From an uncultured Chloroflexia bacterium (GTDB lineage Bacteria; Chloroflexota; Limnocylindria; Limnocylindrales; CSP1-4), in contig CAWHXD010000008.1 of the NCBI GenBank assembly GCA_963833225.1, positions 224,001 to 288,000 of the forward strand: 64,000 bases of DNA. The letters run 5' to 3'. Of this stretch, positions 9,962-20,381 are shown piece after piece. The notes under the pieces are model-generated. The model was given only the letters and a program-made list of their open reading frames with translations. It made no database searches and was not told the DNA's origin. The translations under genes and the position numbers were made by a program. Every line of letters begins with the position of its first letter. The stretch's first letter is position 1.

Positions 9962-10906
9962 TCAGGCGGGGTCGCGACGGCCGCGAAGCCAGTCCTGCCC
10001 GGTCATCGGGCGGCGGCCGGCGGGGGTCACCCCTTCGAGCACCAGGCGCCCGTCACCGGTGGCCAGGGCCGGGCGGCCGCCGTGGCGGATGATCGCGCCG
10101 GGGACGTCACCGGGTCCGGACGGGGCGACCGATGCCTCGCTGACCACCAGCCTTCCGTCGGCAAGGTCGAGGAACGTCCCGGGCCAGGGCAGGTAGGCGC
10201 GGACCAGGCGCTCCAGCTCGGCCGCCGGCCGCGAGGGGTCGAGGCGTCCATCCTCCCGGCGGAGCGGGCGCGTGTGCGTGGCGCCCTCCGAGCCCTGCGC
10301 GACCACCCGCAGCTCGCCCCGGATCCAGGGCCCGAGCCGGTCGTCCAGCAGCTGCGCGGCGATCTCGGCCAGCCGGGTCTCCAGCTCCGGCGCCCGCTCG
10401 TCGCCCCGCAGCGCCACGTCCACGCCCGCGACGATCGGTCCGGTGTCCACGCCCGCGTCCATCCGCATCAGTGTCACGGCGGTGGAGGCGTCCCCGGCGG
10501 CGATGGTCGCGGGCACGGGGGCGGCGCCGCGCCACCGCGGCAGCCGTGACGGGTGCAGGTTGAGCGCCCCGAGGGGCAGGTCGAGCAGCGCCGCCGGGAC
10601 GATCTGGCCGTAATCGGCCAGGACGGCAAGCGCAGGCTCGAGCGCGAGGATGGTGGCGATGGCCTCCGGTGCGCGCAGGCGCTCCGGGGTCAGCACCGGC
10701 GAGAGCGCCAGCTCCACGGCCAGCCCGCCGATCGGGGTCGGCGTGGGAACGTGCCGGCGCCCGACGGGGCGGGGAGGCGCCGTGACCACCCCGACGAGCT
10801 CCACGTCCGGATGCGCGGAGAGCCGGCGCAGGGCGGGGATCCCGAACGCCCCGCTGCCCAGGAAGACCGTCCGGACGCGCACGGCCCCGCCCGGAGGAGG
10901 CGTCAC
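9962..10906 (-). CDS. fmt: Methionyl-tRNA formyltransferase
   Basis: NLHPSRLPRWRGAAP, MDAGVDTGP; directly follows def. Confidence 0.95.
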   Translation of the reverse strand: MTPPPGGAVRVRTVFLGSGAFGIPALRRLSAHPDVELVGVVTAPPRPVGRRHVPTPTPIGGLAVELALSPVLTPERLRAPEAIATILALEPALAVLADYGQIVPAALLDLPLGALNLHPSRLPRWRGAAPVPATIAAGDASTAVTLMRMDAGVDTGPIVAGVDVALRGDERAPELETRLAEIAAQLLDDRLGPWIRGELRVVAQGSEGATHTRPLRREDGRLDPSRPAAELERLVRAYLPWPGTFLDLADGRLVVSEASVAPSGPGDVPGAIIRHGGRPALATGDGRLVLEGVTPAGRRPMTGQDWLRGRRDPA

Positions 10907-11454
10907 GCCAGGGCGCTCGTCGCCCGCTGGATCCGTGCGTCCGAGGCGCGGTCGCCGTCGTTGTCGCCGTCGGCCTCGTCGTCGTCGCCGTGGCCCACGG
11001 CGATCAGCTCGTCCATCGAGTCGAGATAGTCGATGTACAGCTTCCCGTCGAGATGATCGAGCTCGTGCTGGAGCGCCCGGCCAAGGAGCCCGGAACCGCC
11101 CACCTTGATCTTCCGCCCGAGGCGGTTCTGGGCGACGATCCACACCTTCTCGCGACGCGTGACGTAGGCGACGTAGCCCGGGATCGACAGGCAGCCCTCA
11201 AGGTCCCGGTCGTCACCGTGGGCCCGGACGATCTGCGGGTTCACGAGCTCGTAGAGCTGGCTCTCGACCTCGACCACGCAGGCCCGGACCGCCTCGCCGA
11301 GCTGGGGCGCCGCGAGACCGACACCCGGCGCGTGCCGCATCGAGTCCGTGAGGTCGTCGAGGAGCTCGTGGAGATACTTGCCGAAGCTGTCCACGGTCTC
11401 GCCCTTGAGGCGGAGCCGGGGGTCGCCCAGGAGGACGATGGGTTTGACGCTCAT
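10903..11454 (-). CDS. def: Peptide deformylase
   Basis: GVGLAAPQ, EGCLS, QHELDHLDG. Confidence 0.97.
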   Translation of the reverse strand: MSVKPIVLLGDPRLRLKGETVDSFGKYLHELLDDLTDSMRHAPGVGLAAPQLGEAVRACVVEVESQLYELVNPQIVRAHGDDRDLEGCLSIPGYVAYVTRREKVWIVAQNRLGRKIKVGGSGLLGRALQHELDHLDGKLYIDYLDSMDELIAVGHGDDDEADGDNDGDRASDARIQRATSALA

Positions 11455-11562
11455 GGCGGCTGAGTATACGCAACCGACCGCCGTGGCCTCGTTCGGGCGG
11501 GCGGTCGGCACCGGGTCCGCGATGGAGCCGGATGGCGCGGCGGGCGCTCCCTGGCGCCGGGC

Positions 11563-11955
11563 CTAGCTGCCGGTGCCCTGCGTCTCCTCGGGGTCCCCGG
11601 CGGTCTCCACCGCGGCCGCCTCGTCCGCGCCCTCGGTGCCCTCCTCGGCATCCTGCTGGCGCAGGTCTGCGGCCACGGTCTGCGCCCGCTCGGCGAACCG
11701 CTGGCCGTACTCGGAGGTCAGGTTCGCCGCCTTCTGGGCGGCCGGACCGGCCTTGACGGCGGCCAGGGCGGCAAGCTCGGCCGCCTTGGCGCTGACCTGG
11801 CGGGCGACGGGTGCGGCTGCCGTCGAAACCTGCTGGATCATCGCCTCCAGCTGCGCGAGCCACTCCCGGGCGCGCACGGAAGCGCCGGGCCCGTCGCCCT
11901 CGGGCTCCACGTCGGGGATCGGCTCGTCGGCGAGGGGCGGGGTCTGCTCGGTCAT
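11563..11955 (-). CDS. Hypothetical helical protein
   Basis: MTEQTPP... preceded by a GGAGG SD; Ala-rich amphipathic core. Confidence 0.6.
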   Translation of the reverse strand: MTEQTPPLADEPIPDVEPEGDGPGASVRAREWLAQLEAMIQQVSTAAAPVARQVSAKAAELAALAAVKAGPAAQKAANLTSEYGQRFAERAQTVAADLRQQDAEEGTEGADEAAAVETAGDPEETQGTGS

Positions 11956-12070
11956 CGTGTGCCTCCTTCGGGCAGGGGCCAGATCCTGGCTGTCCCGTGG
12001 GACCCCATTGTCGCCCACGCACCCGGGTTGCGCACGTGCCGCACCTCCCGGGATCGTCGCGTCGCGCGCC

Positions 12071-14607
12071 TCAGAGCAGCGATTCCGGGTCGACGTCGAT
12101 GCTCCACGGGGCCCCCGGCACGGGATCCAGGAGCGCCACGGGATCCGGTCCGCGCAGGACGACATGGAAGCGCCAGCGATCGCCACGCCTGGCGACGTAT
12201 GCCGGCGCCGGCCCCACCACCTGGACGGCCGATCCGCGGTCCCGAGCCAGGGCGCGAAGCCGCTCCGCCATCGCGACCGCCTCGCGCTCCGCCGCGTCGC
12301 GCTCCGGCAGGCTGACCGTGAGCTTGACCAGCCGCCCGAACGGCGGCGACCCGAACCGCTCGCGGAGGGCAAGCTCCTCGTCGTAGAAGGTCGCGGCATC
12401 GCGCTCCACGACGGCCCGGATCGCTCGATGGTCCGGGCGGTACGTCTGGATGATCGCCCGGCCCGGGCGGTCGCCTCGTCCCGCCCGCCCAACCGCCTGG
12501 GCGAGCAGCTGGTAGGTCCGCTCCGAGGCGCGCTCGTCGGGGAGGTTGAGGGCGATGTCGGCGGAGACGACGCCGACCAGGATGACCTCGGCGATGTCGA
12601 GGCCCTTCGTCACCAGGCTCGTCCCGACCAGGACGTCCGTGCGCCCGGCGGCGAACGCGTCGAGGACGCGGTCCGCGGCTCCCTTGCGCTCGACCACGTC
12701 GCGATCCAGCCGGGCGACACGGAGCGACGGGAAGCGCTCCCGGACCTCGCGCTCCACGCGCTCGGTGCCGCCGCCCAGGTACCGGATCCGCGGCGAGGCG
12801 CACTGGCGGGCATCGGTTCGCGATGGGCCAGGCCCGGCCGCAGTGGTGGCAGCGCAGCGTGGTCCCCGCCTGGTGGTACACGAGCGGCCGGTCGCAGTCG
12901 GGGCAGGCCTGCACGAACCCGCAGTCCCGGCACAGCACCACCGACGCCGTCCCGCGGCGGTTCAGCACCAGGATCGCGCGGTCCCCGTGCTCGGTGTCGA
13001 GCTCGGCAACAGCCGCGACGAGCGCGTCCGAGAGCAGGCCGCGATTGCCGGCCGCGAGCTCCTCGCGCAGGTCGATCGCCACGACCGTGGGCTCCGCGCC
13101 GGCCGCGCGCACCGGCAGCACCGCCCGCCGGTATCGCCCCGCCCGGGCGTGACCCATCGTCTCGACCGCGGGCGTGGCCGAGCCGAGCACCACCGCCGCG
13201 CCGGCCAGCCGTCCGAGCTCCACCGCCCCGTCGCGCGCCTGGAACCGCGGGGTCCGGTCGCTCTTGTACGCGGCGTCGTGCTCCTCGTCGACCACGATCA
13301 GGCCCACGTCCGCCAGCGGGGCGAGGAGCGCCGTCCGGGTCCCGACGACGAGGTCCGCGTCGCCCGCTCGGACCCGGCGCCACTCGTCGGCCCGCTCGCC
13401 GTCGCCCAGCGCCGAGTGCAGGACGGCGATCCTCGGCCTGGAGCTCCGCCCGGAGGCGGTCCACGATCGGCGTCGCCAGCGCGATCTCCGGGACGAGCAG
13501 CATGGCCGGCCGGCCGGCCGCGAGCGACGCGGCGATCGCCTCCACGTAGATCGCCGTCTTGCCACCGCCGGTGACGCCGTCGAGGAGGGTGGGTGTCGGG
13601 TCGCGGGCGGCGATCGCGTCGGTCACGAGCCGCAGGGCCGCGGCCTGGTCACCGGTCAGCGCCGACCCCGGTGGGCGGGCGCCGCGTGTCGGAGCCGGGC
13701 GCCCCGCGAGCGGTCGGCGCGGTCGTTCGCGGACCTCCGCCCGGACGAGGCCCCGCCGCACGAGCCCCGCGATGGACGACGATCCGAACCGCTCCACGAA
13801 CGCCGAGGCCGCGACGCCTGACCCGTCCGCCGCGGCGGTCGCCGACAGCTCGGTTGTCGCCGACAGCTCGGCGAGCGCGTCCCGCTGGCGCGGACCCAGC
13901 GGGCGGCCATGGACACGCTCGCCCGCGGCAAGGGCCGCGGCCGCGGATCGGCCATCGTCGGTCAGCCACAGGCGCCGCTCATAGCGCGGGCCCAGGGCCG
14001 CGCCGAGCAGGGTCCAGGTGAGGTCCACCAGGTCCTCGTCGGCCAGCGCCCGGAGCCGGCGCAGCAGCGCGGCCCGACCCTCGGGGCTGGACAGGTCGCG
14101 CACCGGCCGGGCCCGGCCGGCGAGCTCGTCGAGGAGATCCAGGTCCGGCAGGGACAGGCCGGGCTCCGGGCGCCCCATCCGCGCCTCGCCGGCGGGCGTG
14201 ACCTCTGCCATCAGCTCCAGGCGCTCCAGCATGCCCGGCGGCAGCATCGCCCGGATCACCACGGCCAGCGGCGCGAGGTACCGGCCCGCGAGCAGCGCCG
14301 CGAACGCCAGCGCAAGCGGCGGCAGCAGCGGGCCGTCGGACCGGATGCGCGCCGCCAGTGGCCGCAGCTCCCCGCCCGGAGGCGCGGTCCCCTCCCCGAT
14401 CACGATCCCGATCGCCTGGCGGCCGCCCTTCCCAAACGGAACGAGGACCGCCTCGCCCGTCTCCAGGTCCTCGAGGCCGGCCGGCACGAGGTAGGTGTAG
14501 GTTCGCGGCCCGGGTCCCGCGGGGGCATCCACCGCCACCTCGACGAGCCGCCCCCGGGCCGTCGCGGGTGTCATCCCGCCCGGGTCAAGGCCAAGCGTGG
14601 GCGCCAT
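12071..14607 (-). CDS. priA: Primosomal protein N' (two apparent frameshifts, ~13430 and ~12800)
   Basis: LLDGVTGGGKT, DEEHDAAYK, SATP, CRDC/CPDC/CHHC, QAVGRAGR and WSIDVDP spread over three frames. Confidence 0.92.
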
Positions 14608-14617
14608 GGTGGGGCTC

Positions 14618-15247
14618 TCAGCCGACGCGGATCTGCCGCTCGGCGTTCCGGCGCTTCTCCTGCTCGATGATCGCCTCGATCTCGGCAGCGGTCCGCTCGA
14701 CCTGGCCGGTCTCGTTGAGGACCACGCGGTCGTAGTCGCCCTGCCGGGCCAGCTCGATCGCCGCGTTGCGCTGGCGGATCTCGAGCTCATCGGCGGTCTC
14801 GGTGGCGCGCGAGCGGAGCCGCTGGAAGAGGGCCTCGAGCGAGGGCGGGACGAGGAACACCAGCAGCGCCTCCGGGACGCGCTGCTTCACCACCATCGCG
14901 CCCTGGACGTCGATCTTGAGGATGACGTCGTGCCCCTCGGCAAGCGCCCGCGCGACGTCGCGTCGCGGGGTCCCGTACCAGTTCCCGTGGACCTCGTTGG
15001 CCTCCAGCAGCTCGCCGGCCTCGCGCAGCTGGTTGAACTGTGGCCTGGTGAGGAACTGGTACGACACGCCGGGGATCTCGCCCGTGCGAGGCCTGCGGGT
15101 CGTGCACGTGACCACGTAGTGGTAGTCGGGGTCACGGGGCCGCGTCCGCAGCTCGTCGATGACGGTGTCCTTGCCCACCCCCGACGGCCCGCTGACGATG
15201 ACGAGCAGGGCGCCGGGCGCGCCGAGCAGCACCTCCGGGGTGGTCAC
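14618..15247 (-). CDS. gmk: Guanylate kinase
   Basis: SGPSGVGKDT, TTRRPR, NWYGT, IDVQGA. Confidence 0.96.
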   Translation of the reverse strand: MTTPEVLLGAPGALLVIVSGPSGVGKDTVIDELRTRPRDPDYHYVVTCTTRRPRTGEIPGVSYQFLTRPQFNQLREAGELLEANEVHGNWYGTPRRDVARALAEGHDVILKIDVQGAMVVKQRVPEALLVFLVPPSLEALFQRLRSRATETADELEIRQRNAAIELARQGDYDRVVLNETGQVERTAAEIEAIIEQEKRRNAERQIRVG

Positions 15248-16314
15248 TCGCTCCCTCCCACCGGCCGTCCGCCGGCTGACGTCTCGGCCTCCCGCAGCCG
15301 GGTGAGCACCAGCTCCAGGTTGTCGGGGAGCGGCGCCTCCACCCGGAGCAGCTTGCCCGACGAGGGGGAGACGAGCTCCAGCCGCCACGCGTGGAGGAAC
15401 AGCCGGTCCAGGCTGTCGGGGCCCTTGCGAGCGGTGCCCGTGCCGTACACGGCGTCACCCGCCACGGAGTGGCCGAGCGCGGCCAGGTGGACCCGGATCT
15501 GGTGGGTTCGCCCGGTGACCAGGTCGAGCTCGAGCAGGGTCCACTCGCGGAATCGCTCCCGGACGCGGTAGCCGGTGGTGGCCGCGCGCCCATCCACGAC
15601 CACGGCCATCCGCTTGCGATCCTTCGGGTTGCGCCCGATCGGGGCTTCGATCCGGCCGGCGGCCGCGGCCACCGCGCCCTGGGCCAGGGCCAGGTAGGTC
15701 TTGCGCACGCGGCGCGCCTTGAGCTGCGCCATGACCGACGCCTGGGCGGCGTCGTTGCGAGCCACGATCAGCAGCCCCGAGGTGTCCCGGTCCAGCCGGT
15801 GGACGATCCCCGGTCGGGCGACACCCGCGATCCCCCCGTAGTGGTCGCCGCGCGCGAGGAGGGCGTTGACGAGCGTGCCCCGCCAGTGGCCCGGGGCCGG
15901 GTGGACGACCAGCCCCGTGGGCTTGTTGACGATCAGGATGTCGTCGTCCTCGTAGGCAACCTCGATCGGGATCGTGGGGTCCGGCTCGAGGTGGTACGGG
16001 ACCTCGGGCGGGGGAACCTCGAGGACCACGGCCCCGCCGCGGACCTCCGAGTTGGCCCGCAGCCGGCGACCGGTGTCGTCGACGAGGCGCCCGTCGCTGA
16101 TGAGCTTCTGCACGTACGACCGGGAGAGGCCCGTCCGGTCGGCGACGAAGCGGTCGACGCGGCGGATGATCTCGCCCTCCGGGATCGTCAGGCGCCGCGG
16201 GCCGGGGGGCACCGACGGCGGGCCCGGCTCGGGGCCCAGGACGGTCTCCAGCTCGTCGTCCGGTTCGACGACCTCGTCCTCACCCAGCAGCTCGAGCTCG
16301 CCCGGGTCAGCCAT
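15244..16314 (-). CDS. RluA/RluD family pseudouridine synthase
   Basis: S4-like N-terminus, NKPTGLVVHP, HRLDRDTSG, TGRTHQIRVH. Confidence 0.95.
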   Translation of the reverse strand: MADPGELELLGEDEVVEPDDELETVLGPEPGPPSVPPGPRRLTIPEGEIIRRVDRFVADRTGLSRSYVQKLISDGRLVDDTGRRLRANSEVRGGAVVLEVPPPEVPYHLEPDPTIPIEVAYEDDDILIVNKPTGLVVHPAPGHWRGTLVNALLARGDHYGGIAGVARPGIVHRLDRDTSGLLIVARNDAAQASVMAQLKARRVRKTYLALAQGAVAAAAGRIEAPIGRNPKDRKRMAVVVDGRAATTGYRVRERFREWTLLELDLVTGRTHQIRVHLAALGHSVAGDAVYGTGTARKGPDSLDRLFLHAWRLELVSPSSGKLLRVEAPLPDNLELVLTRLREAETSAGGRPVGGSE

Positions 16315-16909
16315 CCGCGCCCCACTCCGCGATCCGCGGGACGATCGCCATCGCGATCAGCAGCACGATCGATGTCGTGATGCAGGCATCGGCGACGTTG
16401 TAGGTCCAGAAGCGGACGGTGCCGATCCCCATGTCGACCCAGTCGATCACGTGGCCGTGGTTGAGCCGGTCGAGCAGGTTGCCGATGGCGCCGCCGAGCA
16501 GGAGGCCCAGCGCGACGGTGGTGACGAAGCCGCGGCCGGCCTTCGCGTGGTACAGCACGATCAGCGCCGTGACCCCCATGGACACGATCGCGAACGCGGG
16601 CGCGGACTGCGGGAGCATCCCGAACAGGATCCCCGAGTTCTGGCCGTACACGACGTTGAGCAGGTCCGGGATGACCACCATCCCGGCGCCCGGTGCCAGC
16701 TGGCTGACGACCCACGCCTTGCTCAGCTGGTCGATGACGACGACCACCAGCGCCAGGGCGCCGAACACGACCCACCGCCGGCTCGACGGGCCCCGCCACT
16801 CCGCCCGCCGCACCGCCCCGTCGTCGGCGGGAATCTCGTCCTCGTCGACGATCTCGACGTCCTCATCGAGGACGCCGTCGTCGTCGCCCAGCACCGGCCC
16901 GGTCGTCAT
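16307..16909 (-). CDS. lspA: Signal peptidase II
   Basis: DQLSK, GGAIGNLLDR, VIDW, YNVAD. Confidence 0.95.
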   Translation of the reverse strand: MTTGPVLGDDDGVLDEDVEIVDEDEIPADDGAVRRAEWRGPSSRRWVVFGALALVVVVIDQLSKAWVVSQLAPGAGMVVIPDLLNVVYGQNSGILFGMLPQSAPAFAIVSMGVTALIVLYHAKAGRGFVTTVALGLLLGGAIGNLLDRLNHGHVIDWVDMGIGTVRFWTYNVADACITTSIVLLIAMAIVPRIAEWGADG

Positions 16910-16913
16910 CAGC

Positions 16914-19900
16914 TCAGGTGTCCCCGGCCCGTCGGAGCCCGATCCGCAGCTCGCCGCGATCGAGGTGGACCGCCGCCATGGGCACCCCCGCCGGCGGCGG
17001 CTCCCGGCGAACCTCGTCCGCAAGCGTCTCCACCGCCACGGAACGCAGGTGGGGCTCCAGCTCCGCGCGGGCGCCGTCGAGCCACAGCACGATCCGGTCG
17101 TCGAGGTCCAGCTCCGCCTCCTTGCGCAGGTCCTGGATCGCGCGCTGGAGCTCGCGGGCGTCGCCCTCGGCCAGCAGGTCCGGCGTGAGCTCGGTATCCA
17201 GCACGACCACGAGCCCGTCCCGATCGGCCACCGCGGTTCCGGGGCGTGGGGTGGCCTGGATCTCCACCTCGTCCGGGGCGAGCGTCTCGCCGGCCAGCGT
17301 CACGGAGCCGTCCGCGTGGAACGTGACGGCCCCCTCGCGCGCGGCGGCCATGACCGCCGGGATGGCGGCTCCAAGCCGCTTGCCGATCCTGGGCAGCAGG
17401 GGCTTGACCCGTCGCTCGACGAGCGCGGATCCGTCCGGGATGACCTCCACGCGCTTGACGTTGAGCTCGTCGGCAAACAGGGCCAGGAGATCCGGACCCA
17501 GGGCAAGCCCTCGATCCGGGACGGCGAGCCAGGCCGTGGCCAGCGGTTGGCGAATTCTTGAGCCCGGCCTGTGCGCGCAGGGTCCGTGCCAGGTCCACCG
17601 CGCCGCGCAGCAGCGCCATCGCGCGCTCGAGCGGTTCGTCGCGGTGTGGGGCCATGGTCTCGGCCGGCCATCGGGTCAGGTGGACGCTGTCGGGGTGCTC
17701 CGGCAGGACCGCCACCACGAGGTTCCCGTACAGGGTGTCGGCCAGGAACGGCAGGATCGGGGCCAGGGTGCGCGACAGGCTCACCAGCGCGGCATGCAGC
17801 GTGGCGAACGCGGCATCCCTGTCCGCCGCCTCCGCGCCGGCCCGCATCCGGTCCCTCGAACGGCGCAGGTACCACGTCGAGAGGTCGTCGATGAACGCGC
17901 TGAGCGCCCGCGTCGCCCCCACGGCGTCGATGTCGTCCAGGCGCGCGCCGACCTCGGCGGCCAGGCCCGCGGATCGTGACAGGATCCAGCGGTCCAGCAC
18001 CGGCCACGTGCGGGCAGCCTCGATGGCCTCCCCGATCCCCCGGCTGGGTGTCCAGCCCGCGAGCCGCGCGTAGGTCACGAAGAACGCGTACACGTTCCAC
18101 AACACCAGCAGCTCCCGGCGGGCCTCGTCGGCCGCGTGCCAGCCAAACAGGATGTTGTCCTCGGGCCGGGCCTTCGCGAACATCCAGCGCATGACGTCGA
18201 CGCCCATCCGGTCGGCCGCCTCGTCGAACTCGATCGCGTTGCCCCAGCTCTTGTGCATCGGCCGGCCGTCCTCACCAAAGACCAGGGCGTAGCCGAAGAT
18301 CGCGCGGAACGGCTCCGTCCGGCGTAGGACGGTGGACATCGCGAGCATCGAGTAGAACCAGTTGCGGAACTGGCCCGGGAAGCTCTCCGTGATGAAGTCG
18401 GCCGGGAACCAGTCCGCCCAGGCGTCGGGGTCCTCGCGGTAATGCATCGTCGAGAACGGCACGATCCCCGCATCCAGCCAGGGGTTGCCGACGTCCCGGA
18501 TCCGCTCCACGGGCTCGCCGCAGGACGGGCAGGCGATGCGCACCTCGTCAACCCACGGTCGATGCGGCGTGTGGCCGTCAAACGCGTCCCAGCCGGCCAC
18601 GGCGCGGACCTTGAGCTCCTCCCGACCGCCGATGACCTCCACGGTGCCGCACGCGGCGCAGTCGTAGATGGGCAGCGCCAGGCCCCAGTAGCGCTTCTTG
18701 CTGATCATCCAGTCATGCATGTTGCGGAGCCAGTCCAGCTCCCGGTCATGGCCGAAGTCCGGGATCCACCGGATCCGGTCCACGACCTCCATGATCTGGT
18801 AGCGGAGGCTCCGGTCCACCTGCTCCGGCGTGAGCGTCTCGCGAGGCTGGTCGTACACCTCGCCCATGGAGATGAACCACTCGTCCACGAGCCGGAACAG
18901 GAGCGGCGTCCCGCAGCGCCAGCAGTGGGGATACCGGTGGCTGTACGGCTCGAGGTGGTAGAAGAACCCGCGCCGCTCGAGGTCGTCCACGATCCGCTCG
19001 GCGACCGCGGGGGCCTCCAGGCCCGTGAGCCAGTCAAACCCCGGGACATACCGGCCACCCTCGTCGATGGGACCGATGACGGGCAGCCCGAGCTGCCTCC
19101 CCAGCTGGTAGTCCTCGGCACCACACCCGGGAGCGATATGGACGATCCCGGTGCCCTCGTCCTCCCCGACCTCGCCCCAGGCCACGACCCGGTGCTGGTA
19201 CCCCGCCGCCTCGAACGCCGTTCCCACGGCGGGCAGCTCGTCATAGGGGCCCGTGTAGCGCCAGCCGACCAGCTCGGAGCCGGCGACCTCCTCCTCGACG
19301 GTGAACGGGCCCCGGAGGGCGGCCTTGAGCATCCCCTTGCCCACCCAGAACCGGTCTTCTCCCTGGCGAACCTTCAGGTAGCGAAGGTCCGGACCGACCG
19401 CGGCCGCCACGTTCGACGTCAGCGTCCAGGGCGTCGTCGTCCACACGAGGAGCGCCTCGCCCGGGCGGTCCAGCAGCGGGAGCCGGATCGTCAGGCCGGG
19501 ATCCTCGCGGTCCGCATAGCCCTCGTTCATCTCCATCTGCGACAGGCCGGTGCCGCAGCGCGGGCACCAGGGCATCGTGTCCGAGCCCTTGTACAGCCAG
19601 CCGCGCCGATGGCATTCGGCGAGGAAGCCCCAGATGAGGTCGTTGTTCTCGTTGCTGAAGGTGAAGTAGGACCCGCCCAGCTCGGGCATCCCGAGCCGGC
19701 CGACGAGCATCTCGACGGTGTCGGTGACGGGGCCCTCCGGACCTTCGATGCTGGTCACCGCCGTCGGGTCCTTGCCGAGCAGATCGTGAAGTCGCCGGAG
19801 CTCGGCCGGGTCGTTCCAGTCCATCCACATGCCCAGCCGGACCGACTGCTCGGTCTGGCGCGCCGCGTAGGTCAGGACCCGCTGCTTGCACAGGGTCACG

Positions 19901-20247
19901 AACCGGTCGATGCCGTAGGCCTCGATGTCTCGCTTGGACGTGAAGCCCAGGTCACGCTCGACGTTGACCTCGACCCACAGCCCCTGGCAGTCGAAGCCGT
20001 TCTGGTATCGCTGGTCGTGCCCCAGCATCGCGTGGTAGCGCTGGTAGAGATCCTTGTAGGCACGCCCCCAGGCGTGGTGGACGCCCATCGGGTTGTTGGC
20101 CGTGATCGGCCCGTCGAGGAAGCTCCAGCGCTGGTTGCCGGCGTTCTGGGCGCGCAGGCGGGCGAACGTCCGCCGCTCGGTCCACTCCCCGAGGAGGGCG
20201 TGCTCCTGCGCAACGAAGTCGGGGCGGGCGGAAACGGGTTGGAACAT
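16914..20247 (-). CDS. ileS: Isoleucine--tRNA ligase, type 2 (apparent frameshift ~17555)
   Basis: DGPITAN, GVHH, WTTTPWTL, GTGIVH, DWMISKKRYWG, MHKSWGN; C-terminal EGDARELQRAIQDLRK lies in a second frame. Confidence 0.93.
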
Positions 20248-20381
20248 CTGGCCTCGATGGAGCGCCGGCGCGGGCGTTCACCGGCCGCGGCGGGGCACCA
20301 GTCTATCGGCAATGCGGCCCCGGTCGCGACGCGACACCAGCCCATCTCCGCGAATCCCGCCTGCGCGTATCATTCGGCCCG

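Noticed and set aside
20248-20381. T-box riboswitch upstream of ileS
   Set aside because: The spacer is short and lacks the GGTGGNACC T-box motif.
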